This document shows, piece by piece, positions 1-8,327 of a DNA stretch of 18,461 bases; positions within the stretch are counted from its first letter, which is position 1, and every line of letters begins with the position of its first letter. The notes under the pieces were generated by a model. The model was given only the letters and a program-made list of their open reading frames with translations. It was not told the DNA's origin and did no database searches. Source of the DNA: Candidatus Hadarchaeota archaeon. Its GTDB lineage: Archaea > CAYQAE01 > CAYVLA01. Both the position numbers and the translations under genes were made by a program. The stretch is taken from contig CAYVLA010000065.1 of the NCBI GenBank assembly GCA_964452145.1, forward strand, positions 1 to 18,461, given 5' to 3'.

Positions 1-462
1 ACCCCCCACCGGTATCATCTTGTTGGCCAGAAAGAAGGCGTGAAGCACCATCATGGAAGGTTCCTGACCCCCCGATCGGTCCCCGCCCACCGCGATGACT
101 GCGCCAACCTTGTTCTTGAGCGCATCGGGGTTGCTCGCAACCAGCGCTCTGCACCTGTCTAGGAGCGTCTTGAGCTGTCCCGATACGGATCCCTGATATA
201 CGGGGGTGGCCAGCAGCCAGGCGTCGGCGCTCTCGAGCAGGGGATACATCTGCTGCACATCGTCCTTCTGCACGCATCCCTTCCCAGTCCTGACGCAGTA
301 GTCGCAGTGGAGACAGAAACCTATCTTCTTGCCACGAAGGGAGATGAACTCCGTCTCGACATCCCCCATCGACCGTGCGAACTCCAACGCCGCTCGAAGG
401 GCGAACGAGGTGGCCTCGTCTCGGGGGCTCCCGGAAACGCCGACTATCCTGACCTTGCCCAT
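1..462 (-). CDS. Iron-sulfur flavoprotein (Isf) / flavodoxin-like NADPH-dependent FMN reductase family, 3' end runs off the window
   Basis: Not in the ORF track because there is no stop in the window. Manual translation from ATG 462: MGKVRIVGVSGSPRDEATSFALRAALEFARSMGDVETEFISLRGKKIGFCLHCDYCVRTGKGCVQKDD...LLATPVYQGSVSGQLKTLLDR...KVGAVIAVGGDRSGGQE. It has the flavodoxin GSPR loop, the CX2CX2CX6C 4Fe-4S motif and the TPVY and GGQE motifs. GGTGA lies just upstream of the start. Confidence 0.92.
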   Translation of the reverse strand, partial: MGKVRIVGVSGSPRDEATSFALRAALEFARSMGDVETEFISLRGKKIGFCLHCDYCVRTGKGCVQKDDVQQMYPLLESADAWLLATPVYQGSVSGQLKTLLDRCRALVASNPDALKNKVGAVIAVGGDRSGGQEPSMMVLHAFFLANKMIPVGG

Positions 463-580
463 GGACTCACCAAGCGTGCTGCGCAAGACCTGGCTGCCCT
501 GCCCCCAGTCGCTTCCCCTAATAACTTGCATCCCAGGTGGTCGATCGGACCAGCCGGGACTCACGTTGACATTCCAGCAA

Positions 581-590
581 GATATATATC
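581..590 (+). promoter_or_regulatory. Putative archaeal TATA box for marC (palindromic GATATATATC)
   Basis: AT-rich island in GC-rich DNA about 25 nt upstream of ATG 613. The spacing fits a leaderless or short-leader transcript. Confidence 0.55.
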
Positions 591-612
591 ATTACGCTCC
601 TGACCCGAGCCG

Positions 613-1245
613 ATGGACTTTCAGCTGTACGTGACCTTCGGCGTGGCGCTCTTCAGCATCGTCGACTCCGTGGGCAACATCCCCCTCTTCGTGGCGGCAA
701 CCGATGGTTTCACGACCCAGGCGCGGCGCTGGATCATCGAAAGAGCCTCGCTCGTCGCTACCTTGGTGCTCCTCTTCTTCCTGCTAGCCGGACAAGCCAT
801 ACTGAACATACTGAACATCAGATTGAGTAGCTTCAAGATCGCTGCTGGAATCGTCTTGTTCATCATCGGGTGGGATCTTCTGAGGGCCCGGGTGTCCTCC
901 ACGAAGACGACGAAGGACGAACAGGATGAGGCACTGGTCAAGGAGGACATTGCGGTCTTTCCCCTGGCGATACCCCTCCTTTCGGGGCCGGGAGCCATCA
1001 CGACATGCATGGTCTACGCGACCCATGTTCATGGACCTTTTGGGAAGATCCTCCTGGCCGTCGTCGTTGCCATCGTGATGGCCCTCTCCTTTGTCGTGCT
1101 GGAGGCAGGATCGATCATACTGGCCAGGATCGGCCTCACCGGGATGAGGGTCTTCAGACGAATCATGGGTCTGCTGCTGACAGCCATCGCCGTGAACTTC
1201 GTCGTGGAAGGGGTAAAGGAGACCATTCCGTACATTGCCGGTTAG
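613..1245 (+). CDS. marC: MarC family integral membrane protein
   Basis: 210 aa with about 6 hydrophobic segments. Motifs LFSIVDSVGNIPLF, SFKIAAGIVLF, IAVFPLAIPLLSGPGAITT and RIMGLLLTAIAV are typical of MarC. Confidence 0.93.
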   Translation: MDFQLYVTFGVALFSIVDSVGNIPLFVAATDGFTTQARRWIIERASLVATLVLLFFLLAGQAILNILNIRLSSFKIAAGIVLFIIGWDLLRARVSSTKTTKDEQDEALVKEDIAVFPLAIPLLSGPGAITTCMVYATHVHGPFGKILLAVVVAIVMALSFVVLEAGSIILARIGLTGMRVFRRIMGLLLTAIAVNFVVEGVKETIPYIAG

Positions 1246-1249
1246 ATGG

Positions 1250-2677
1250 TCAGGTCATTGGAACGAGTCTGACCCTCCCCCATCCACCAGGGTCCTCGAT
1301 CAATATGGCGAAAGCTGATGTCCTGGGCTTGACTCCCCAGAGTAGGGCCGTGCCATCGACGAGCCTGGCTCTCATGTAGTAGTCTGAGACCGTCATCAAG
1401 CGTCGGGTGCCGGCGAGATCGGGATTCGTCAAACTCACGTGGAGCCCCTTCTCCTTGCGGACGGTGGGCGCAACCCGCCCCACGACCCTGGCGACGCCCT
1501 CCTCGCCATACACAGCCTCGACCGTGTCGTAGCCCACCACGCATAGGGCAGGTCCGTTACCCTTTCTGGTCATATCCCGCTTCAGTTCAAGCAGGATCTT
1601 GAAGTCCCGATCGGGGTCCATGCCCTCCGCAACAAGGCTGATCTCGGGGTCGCTGGGCTCCCCTGGGCCCATTTCCACTACCTTGAGGTACCTGACGAGC
1701 CTATCGCGCCTCACATCGTCCCAGGACTCGCTCCCGAAAAGGCTCCTTACCATGGCCAACTCCGTGGCTGCATCCCTCGCTGCCGTCGGCAGAAAGACCA
1801 CCCCTCTTCCCTTCACGATGAAGTCCGCCATCAGCGGCAGGGTCAGCATGCTCAACAGGTGGGGTGGAGCATCGGGGGCAGTCTCCAATGTAACGTAACT
1901 TCCTCTGATGAACCCGCCGCCAAAGATCGCATCCATATCTCCTATCCCGGTCGAGAACCGGTCATCGCGCTCGGGCATCGGCTTGGGAAAGGATCGCAGC
2001 TTCACCTCCAGCCCCCTGGGCGATAACCCCACCGTGTCCACCGTCGAGAACTTCCCCCCGTTCAGCGAGAACAAGTAGCCTCTCCTCTCCATTCCCCGAC
2101 CCCGTACCTTCCCAATTTGGAGGCGCCTCACCCAGATGCCGTCCAGTTCCAGATATCCCAGGCTCACCTGCCCGTCTACCGAGTGACTCAGGGGGCCCTG
2201 CCACGATTTCTCACGGGCGATCAGCAGACCGACATCAATCTGGTTCATGACATCCATCATCGCACTCTCGACCTGAATGCGGAGGCGCGGGTCCCTCTCC
2301 GTCAGCCCCTCCCACGAGTCAATGGCCAGGATCGAGCCCTTCTCCATGTTATCCATCATGAAGACGGCAAGATCGGCTGTGTCGTTGAGCTGGACATGCA
2401 CCACGTTGCCCGAGTCAACCGGGCCACCGCTCGATCTGGTTGCGTCTACCAGAAGCATCCCCGGAGTCTTCTGACATTTTGGATAAGTGGAGAGGACCGA
2501 CTGGATCGGCACCCGCGTTGACATGTAGCCGACCTTGCATCCCCTCTCGGCAAGGGCGTCGAGCACAGTCAGGCAGAACAGGGTCTTCCCGGTCCCCGGC
2601 CGCCCCGCCACCTCAACGCTTCCCCCGTTCTGGCAGAGATCCACAAGCTCAGAAGGGACCGTGAGATCCATAGGCAT
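1250..2677 (-). CDS. GvpD-like KaiC/RecA-superfamily ATPase, two domains (paralog A)
   Basis: Walker A GRPGTGKT, YMSTRV, Walker B ILAIDSWE and KVRG in the N-terminal domain. The second RecA-like domain starts FSTGIGDMDAIFGGG but has no Walker A. Confidence 0.85.
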   Translation of the reverse strand: MPMDLTVPSELVDLCQNGGSVEVAGRPGTGKTLFCLTVLDALAERGCKVGYMSTRVPIQSVLSTYPKCQKTPGMLLVDATRSSGGPVDSGNVVHVQLNDTADLAVFMMDNMEKGSILAIDSWEGLTERDPRLRIQVESAMMDVMNQIDVGLLIAREKSWQGPLSHSVDGQVSLGYLELDGIWVRRLQIGKVRGRGMERRGYLFSLNGGKFSTVDTVGLSPRGLEVKLRSFPKPMPERDDRFSTGIGDMDAIFGGGFIRGSYVTLETAPDAPPHLLSMLTLPLMADFIVKGRGVVFLPTAARDAATELAMVRSLFGSESWDDVRRDRLVRYLKVVEMGPGEPSDPEISLVAEGMDPDRDFKILLELKRDMTRKGNGPALCVVGYDTVEAVYGEEGVARVVGRVAPTVRKEKGLHVSLTNPDLAGTRRLMTVSDYYMRARLVDGTALLWGVKPRTSAFAILIEDPGGWGRVRLVPMT

Positions 2678-2889
2678 CAGGCCAGCTCCTTGTCAGTTCA
2701 GTGCAAAATCCTTGGCAAGGACGGCAGAGGGCTCTTGAATCGCTTCCCGAAGGGGCTTTCGTCTCGTTGCGACAACTGCAAGGCAGGCAATACCTGTATC
2801 CGGCATGTGCGCTGGACACCGATGCCAGAGAGCTCGAATCCGTGGCGCCGTTGCGGGAAGCCCCGCTCCATCCGATGTCGGCTTCAGTC

Positions 2890-3051
2890 TCACAGCGACA
2901 CGCAGGCTGCCTGCGTCTTGGCTAGACTCGAGATCGCCCGCCGCCGATCTCGTTCGACCATGCAGACCGAGTCGATCCACACCCTCTCCGTTGTGACGGG
3001 TATGCCAAACATGAACACCAGATAGGTCACAACCAGCAACAGCTCAATCAT
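2890..3051 (-). CDS. Possible small single-TM membrane protein (53 aa; 59 aa from ATG 3069)
   Basis: Manual translation: MIELLLVVTYLVFMFGIPVTTERVWIDSVCMVERDRRRAISSLAKTQAACVSL*. Hydrophobic N-terminus, GGAGGAG immediately upstream and an AT-rich box at 3134-3142. Below the ORF-track cutoff. Confidence 0.4.
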   Translation of the reverse strand: MIELLLVVTYLVFMFGIPVTTERVWIDSVCMVERDRRRAISSLAKTQAACVSL

Positions 3052-3123
3052 CGGCTCTCCTCCGAACATTCCCTCGGGGCCAGATCCATAACCTCCGCCC
3101 TCCTCCTCTGATATGGTCTTGTG

Positions 3124-3142
3124 TAGTCAAGACTATATTAAT
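3124..3142. promoter_or_regulatory. TATA-like box (TATATTAAT) overlapped by palindrome TAGTC-AA-GACTA in a divergent intergenic region
   Basis: Palindrome at 3124-3135 and AT-rich run at 3134-3142 are seen directly. Function is inferred. Confidence 0.4.
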
Positions 3143-3317
3143 GGAAGAAGGCCAGCCTTCGACAAATTCAAGAAAATCTCAACACAAGCAGGCGGGGAAT
3201 GTTCCCCACGCTCGATCCGAGCCCTTCCCGTGTCACATTGGCGATGCAAAAAGATCGGCGAAGGAGGCGGAGACACCAGGGAAGACCTTTTTCTAAAGGC
3301 GTGCATCCCGGCCTTTG

Positions 3318-4235
3318 ATGGTCGGCTCCCTTTCCTTTCAGGGCTATGAAGGTGACATAGGAACAAGACAGGAACAGATAAGGGCGAAGTTCCTGGAGCT
3401 TATCCACCACGACAGAACCCCTTCCCAGGAAATCCATGTCCATTCCTTCAGTGAGAGGAAAGCAAATGGTTTGACAATACGCCGCTTTCTCGTATCAGCT
3501 GGTGACTGGCATCCGCAGCCAATCTACGAAGCCACGGGACAGCTGATCGAAGGAGATACTCTGGTGGCTCTTCACGGCCACGGAAATGAGCCTTTCGCCG
3601 GCATATACGACTACATCCACGGTCTGGCTCGCCTGGGCCACCGGGTCGTCGCCCCGATTCTGTTCGGCACCATGGAGCGGGAGACAAGAGGACTCAAACC
3701 GGACTGGCGCGACATCTGCCGCGAATGGTCCATCGAAGCGGATGCGCTTGGAGTCACCCTACTGGCTGCCCGCCTATTCGACGCACAGGTTGCGTACAGA
3801 TTTGCCCTCCGCCTAGAGGATGTGGACCGGGACCGGATCGGATGCATAGGCCTATCCATGGGAGGCGAGCTTTCGCTCTATCTGGCTGCAATCGAACCGG
3901 GCATTGAGGCGTGTGTTTCTGCCGGCTTTCTCTCAACCTTCGAGTCACTGCTTCTGAGGAAGCGCAACTGTCAGTGCTACTCGATACGCGACTGGCCCAG
4001 GTACTTCGACATGCCCGATCTCGCCGCCTGCATAGCTCCCAGGCCCCTGCTCATACAGAAGGGCCATGAGGATCCATGTTTCGATCCGGGGGACGTTGCC
4101 AGGGCCTTTGAGCTGGTGCACGAGGTCTACAGACGATTCGGATCGGGGGATAGGTGTCGCTATGCGACATACCCGGGAGGGCATGTCCTGAATATGGAAC
4201 TAGCTCATTCATGGTTCACCAGATGGCTCGCCTAG
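3318..4235 (+). CDS. Alpha/beta-fold serine hydrolase (dienelactone hydrolase / Abhydrolase_7-like)
   Basis: ALHGHG oxyanion region, nucleophile elbow GLSMGG, PDLAACIAPRPLL, acid Asp (GHEDPCF) and His (YPGGH). Start is TTG 3315 or ATG 3318. Confidence 0.88.
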   Translation: MVGSLSFQGYEGDIGTRQEQIRAKFLELIHHDRTPSQEIHVHSFSERKANGLTIRRFLVSAGDWHPQPIYEATGQLIEGDTLVALHGHGNEPFAGIYDYIHGLARLGHRVVAPILFGTMERETRGLKPDWRDICREWSIEADALGVTLLAARLFDAQVAYRFALRLEDVDRDRIGCIGLSMGGELSLYLAAIEPGIEACVSAGFLSTFESLLLRKRNCQCYSIRDWPRYFDMPDLAACIAPRPLLIQKGHEDPCFDPGDVARAFELVHEVYRRFGSGDRCRYATYPGGHVLNMELAHSWFTRWLA

Positions 4236-4301
4236 ACTCCCGTGAGATCGAATCGGATAATCTTTTTCATCCCCTGCACGGAGATTGCCCCGGCGCTGCA
4301 C

Positions 4302-5105
4302 TTGCTGAAAGCAAAATCGGAACGAGAATCTGCCAGACACGAGCTCGCCTCCCGTCTGCATGAACGTCCCAGATCCAAAGATCTGTTCCGGCGATTGTAC
4401 TCAAACGCAGAGGTCACCGCATACCTCAACATGGCCAATTCCATGGCCGTGAAGAGGTTGGGCTACAATGACCATGGGGTCGTGCACGCGGCCATCTCGG
4501 CGCGCAATGCGGTCAAGCTCCTCGACCTCATTGCCGAGAAGGTCCCGCCAACCATAGTGAAAGAGAAGGAGGGCGATATCGATGATTCGACGCTCATCAC
4601 CATCGCCGGGGCCTACCTCCACGATATCGGCAACGCTGTGCATCGTCAGCAACATCAAGTCTTCTCCGTCGCCCTGGCCGCCCCCATAGTCAAGCGCTTC
4701 ACGAGGCAGATCTACGGGGCTGGGAAGAAGGCAATCCAGATAGAGTGCGAAATACTCAACGCGATCTACAGCCACGAGGAGAATGTTCGAGCCGTTACGG
4801 TGGAGGCAGGCTGTGTGAGGGTGGGGGATGGTGCTGACATGGAGAAGGGGAGGGCCAGATACCCCTATGATCGGGGCACGGTCGACATCCACTCGCTCTC
4901 CGCCTTATCCGTTCAGAAGGTGGAGATTCTGCCCGGCCAACAGACCCCCGCCCTGATTCGAATCCACTCCATGAGCACGGCTGGTATCTTTCAGGTCGAA
5001 AAAGTGCTCGGAGAGAAGATAAGGACTTCCGGCATCGCCCAGTATATCACGGTTCAGACCCTCGTCGATGGTCGGGATTCAGGCTTCCGACTTCACCTCA
5101 GCTGA
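4302..5105 (+). CDS. HD-domain metal-dependent phosphohydrolase (COG3294-like)
   Basis: LGYNDHGVVHA, YLHDIGNAVHR, IYSH, DGADMEKGRAR and DIHSLSALS motifs. The ORF is open from GTG 4242, which lies just after the upstream stop. TTG 4302 is preferred because a T-rich box sits at 4263-4267; the start is uncertain. Confidence 0.88.
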   Translation: MLKAKSERESARHELASRLHERPRSKDLFRRLYSNAEVTAYLNMANSMAVKRLGYNDHGVVHAAISARNAVKLLDLIAEKVPPTIVKEKEGDIDDSTLITIAGAYLHDIGNAVHRQQHQVFSVALAAPIVKRFTRQIYGAGKKAIQIECEILNAIYSHEENVRAVTVEAGCVRVGDGADMEKGRARYPYDRGTVDIHSLSALSVQKVEILPGQQTPALIRIHSMSTAGIFQVEKVLGEKIRTSGIAQYITVQTLVDGRDSGFRLHLS

Positions 5106-5513
5106 TTGGCCGTTGATGGGTGCAGCATTCCCCTGGCGGTCTAGCTCCTCACCCCACACCAGATCGGATTCCTTTCAAAGGGAGATGTGACAATGGGACG
5201 ACCCCGGTGGGCTGGTCCGATTGTCACCCCGCGGAAGAACCTCCCTTGCTCGCTCGATGCGTAACCAGTCAAGGGCCGGAGAGATGTGCCTCGAGCCCTC
5301 CGCACAAGAAAAAGCTCACCGAAAAGGCACGGCAGACAATGGCGCCCCAGAACGAGCTAGGGCAGGATGGCGTCTTCGTCTGCGTCATTCCCGAATGCAG
5401 GACGTAAGCATGGACGAGCTTCCGGGAAAGGCTCGACCGAAGCCTATCGCCTCGCTAAGCCAGTATCAGCCACTACTTCACCACTGCAGGCAGAGCATGT
5501 AGCCATGCACGGG

Positions 5514-6578
5514 TTAGGCGAACTCGATTCCCGCGGCATCCAGGGCCGATTTGACTCTGTCCAAGGTCTCATCCGTGATCCGGTCAATCTTCGAAGGTTC
5601 CGTGACCCACACGTAGGCCGTGAAGGAGTATATCGCAGAGGTAATGCTCCTCAGATGAAGGCTGGGATCGCTAACGGTCGGGTAGATGAAGTACCGCTTC
5701 AATGTCTCCTCCAACACGCTTCTCACATCTTCAAGATCCTTGGACCCCCTCTTGACGTTGAAGTTGATCGCGACCCGGATGTTCGGATGCTCGACCTTTG
5801 TGTAGTTTATCACCGCGCTTGTTACGAACTGCATGTTCGGGATCACCATGTTTCTCCCATCCTCGGTGAGAATCGTCGTCGTCCTGATGCTCACCTTCTG
5901 GACGGTCCCCCGATCGGCACCGATCTGAATCACGTCCCCCACCTCGAAAGCCTTGCTCGTTGCGATGAAGATGCCCGAGACGAGGTTGTTTATGATCTGA
6001 CCCGTGGCAAAAACCACTGCTGCCGTTACCAGCCCGCTCGCCGTCACCAGGCCCTGCAGCTGTATGTTGAAGATCCCGAAAGTGATGACAAGGGACGCCA
6101 AGTAGACAACTAGTGATACAACTTGGTTCGCGGTGCGAACAACGCTCTCCTCCACCCCGATTCGCCTAGCCGATCTGGCCAAAACGGAGGTCAGAATCCT
6201 GGATATAAGCAGGGCACTCAGGATGACGAGCCCGAACTGGACTAGGTTCTTGTACGGGGACGAGAAGACGAAGTAGTGGAAGCCGATGCCCGAGATCTCG
6301 AAGCTCAGGCCAATTGCGCCCAGGTATATGATGGCGACACAGACCCTCTTGGCCGCAACGCCAACCTCCCTGCTAGGTCCGTGGCGATTGAGGAGCCGGT
6401 CCAGTACCTTCGTAACAGCAACGGCAACAAGGCTGGCCCCTGCGAAGATGAGCGCAATGATCAGGACAAGTTCGTATATGATCACCGGAGCGATGCCACC
6501 TGAGGACCTAGCATTTGAGTTATTGGAGCTACCTCCCTGCATGGCTCTTATATCTTCCGACGCTTGCCCATTGCCCAT
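5514..6578 (-). CDS. mscS: Small-conductance mechanosensitive channel (MscS family), about 5 TM
   Basis: NNLVSGIFI, FEVGDVIQIG, GTVQKVSIRTTTI, DGRNMVIPN and VINYT motifs, with a C-terminal LDAAGIEF. The start may be ATG 6578 or the second Met (MQGG). Confidence 0.92.
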   Translation of the reverse strand: MGNGQASEDIRAMQGGSSNNSNARSSGGIAPVIIYELVLIIALIFAGASLVAVAVTKVLDRLLNRHGPSREVGVAAKRVCVAIIYLGAIGLSFEISGIGFHYFVFSSPYKNLVQFGLVILSALLISRILTSVLARSARRIGVEESVVRTANQVVSLVVYLASLVITFGIFNIQLQGLVTASGLVTAAVVFATGQIINNLVSGIFIATSKAFEVGDVIQIGADRGTVQKVSIRTTTILTEDGRNMVIPNMQFVTSAVINYTKVEHPNIRVAINFNVKRGSKDLEDVRSVLEETLKRYFIYPTVSDPSLHLRSITSAIYSFTAYVWVTEPSKIDRITDETLDRVKSALDAAGIEFA

Positions 6579-6855
6579 GCTCTTGCCCTCGCCCTCTCGG
6601 TCCTCGATGTTCGATCATCTCCGAGATGGATCCAACACCCCAACCTGCTCCCAGCATGCGCGCTAGACCATGATTCGCCCGCCGCTTCTTCAAAGATTTC
6701 GGAGTCCGTTTCCTGCGGGGTTTGGAGCACGATCCCGGCACGATCCTGCAATGATGGCACATCGCTACGGCCTGGGCCAGATGGATGATCGTCGCCATGG
6801 GCCCAGCTGAATCATCAACGGGCCCTCTGTTTCCCCCGATGCACGTCCGCCAAAG

Positions 6856-8106
6856 CTATGATGGACGCGTGGTTCCGGAGGGGCGGTACAGCCTCCTTCT
6901 GACCATGATGGACCAGAGCACGAATCCCGATGCAAGAAGTGTTCCCGTCACCGAAGCCCACTCTATCAGGTAGACCCACATCAGGGCCTGATCCTTGAGC
7001 TTCATGGCCAGCACGGATACCTCTCCCAATTCCGAGAAGGCCCTTTTCATCGTCTCCTCCGCCGCTGACATGTCCTGTGACAAGTACAGATCCCGGGCCT
7101 CGGCCTCGACCAGATCCACCTTGGCAAGGGCCCTGTCGATAGGCTGCCGGTTGGCACCGAACTTCTCAACGAATTCGACCAGGGAGTACAGCATCGAAAC
7201 CCTTTCTCTATAACCCCCGAACAGCGACCGGACGTTGTGAAACTGAACCGGGTCCTGTGGCACCTGCCTCCCCGTCGAATGAAGCACCATGCCTAGGAAC
7301 AGATCCATGGCGTACGGATACCCATCCCGGCCCTGCCACCTCGTCCACCAAAGGTTGTAATCGGACTGGATGTCGGTGGCGATGCTCCATGTGCTTGCCT
7401 TGCCGTAACTCCACTCAACGGCAAAGGGCATCCCATCTCCCTTTGCAGCCCGCATGCTTGCGAACACAGTTGCCCCCGGCCTCGGCCCCAGCTCGGCCGC
7501 CTGGCGGCCCACCTGATTCTCCACACCCAGAGCCAGGTACGGCTTGAACACCGATGGCACATCCTGTGACCTCGCAACCGATACCCTGAACTCGTACACG
7601 TAAGCGATCTTCTCCGGAGGTTGCAGGTAATCGGTCGGGAAGGCAAGAGACACGCTCGAACTCTCCCACGACTGCCTGAACTCAGGGACCCAGGATATGC
7701 CCCCTCCCAGCGTCGTCAAGCCGCCCAGCCCCTCGTCCCTCAATGCTCGGTACATCAGGTCTATCTGAGATCCCGTCAGATGGCCGAAGAACGTATCGAC
7801 GTAGCAAATGAAGTCGTAGCCGATAAGATCCCCATAGGTCCGGGGAAAATACATTCTGACGTACTTCTTGGCCTCCGCCTCGGGGTAGTTCTGCCAGCCA
7901 CCTGTGTCCTTTCTCACGGGCACGACGACGTAGGTGAAGGCCGGGTCATTTGCGAACCAGGTGGCAACAGGAGTTTCGTAGGGGAAGACCTGCCCCACCA
8001 TGAGCACGTCCACCTTGTGTAGCTGAGGCCCATCACCACGGGACCCGCAAAGCGCGAGAACGATGACCGTTGCCAAACATGCTCTGAGACCTGCGCGTCC
8101 CATCAT
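6856..8106 (-). CDS. Hypothetical exported/membrane-anchored protein: signal peptide, alpha/beta (possibly class I GATase-like) domain, helical stalk, C-terminal TM
   Basis: From ATG 8106 the N-terminus MMGRAGLRACLATVIVLALCGS looks like a signal peptide. The core contains YDFICYVD...GLGGLTTLGG...WSYGKASTWS. The C-terminus has a TM (WVYLIEWASVTGTLLASGFVLWSIMV) and a basic tail RRRLYR. The upstream extension to 8478 overlaps the YkgJ gene and is rejected. Confidence 0.75.
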   Translation of the reverse strand: MMGRAGLRACLATVIVLALCGSRGDGPQLHKVDVLMVGQVFPYETPVATWFANDPAFTYVVVPVRKDTGGWQNYPEAEAKKYVRMYFPRTYGDLIGYDFICYVDTFFGHLTGSQIDLMYRALRDEGLGGLTTLGGGISWVPEFRQSWESSSVSLAFPTDYLQPPEKIAYVYEFRVSVARSQDVPSVFKPYLALGVENQVGRQAAELGPRPGATVFASMRAAKGDGMPFAVEWSYGKASTWSIATDIQSDYNLWWTRWQGRDGYPYAMDLFLGMVLHSTGRQVPQDPVQFHNVRSLFGGYRERVSMLYSLVEFVEKFGANRQPIDRALAKVDLVEAEARDLYLSQDMSAAEETMKRAFSELGEVSVLAMKLKDQALMWVYLIEWASVTGTLLASGFVLWSIMVRRRLYRPSGTTRPS

Positions 8107-8327
8107 GTGCATCGCTGGGCAGTGGCGTTTTAGCATCAAGCACACCCCAAGTTCAAAGCTCCCTCCATCCAGCCAATGGTCAGCTCGCGAGGTCTCATGC
8201 ACCCTCGCCCTTTGGATGATAAGGGCGATGCTGCTGCATTCACGCACTGCAATATGAATGTTGTCAACCAGCCACGCCGCCCTGGAACAGGGAACCTTTT
8301 TTGAGTCCTTACTTCCACAGGTATCCG

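Noticed and set aside
307..634. Plus-strand ORFs 307..603 and 329..634
   Set aside because: Antisense shadows of the Isf gene that also run through the promoter region. No recognisable motifs.
2690..3025. ORFs 2693..2980(-), 2690..3025(+), 2701..2925(+), 2805..2996(+)
   Set aside because: No motif, RBS or compositional support. The CDNC in one is not part of a complete zinc-finger pattern.
3194..3222. GTTCCCCACGC resembles the start of a type I-E CRISPR repeat
   Set aside because: Single partial occurrence with no spacer-repeat periodicity and no cas genes.
5367..6113. 248-aa plus-strand ORF
   Set aside because: Mostly antisense to the well-supported mscS. Typical GC-rich shadow ORF.
6728..6747. 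Tandem GCACGATCC x2 upstream of mscS
   Set aside because: Two 9-mers in GC-rich DNA with no further copies noticed. Compatible with chance.
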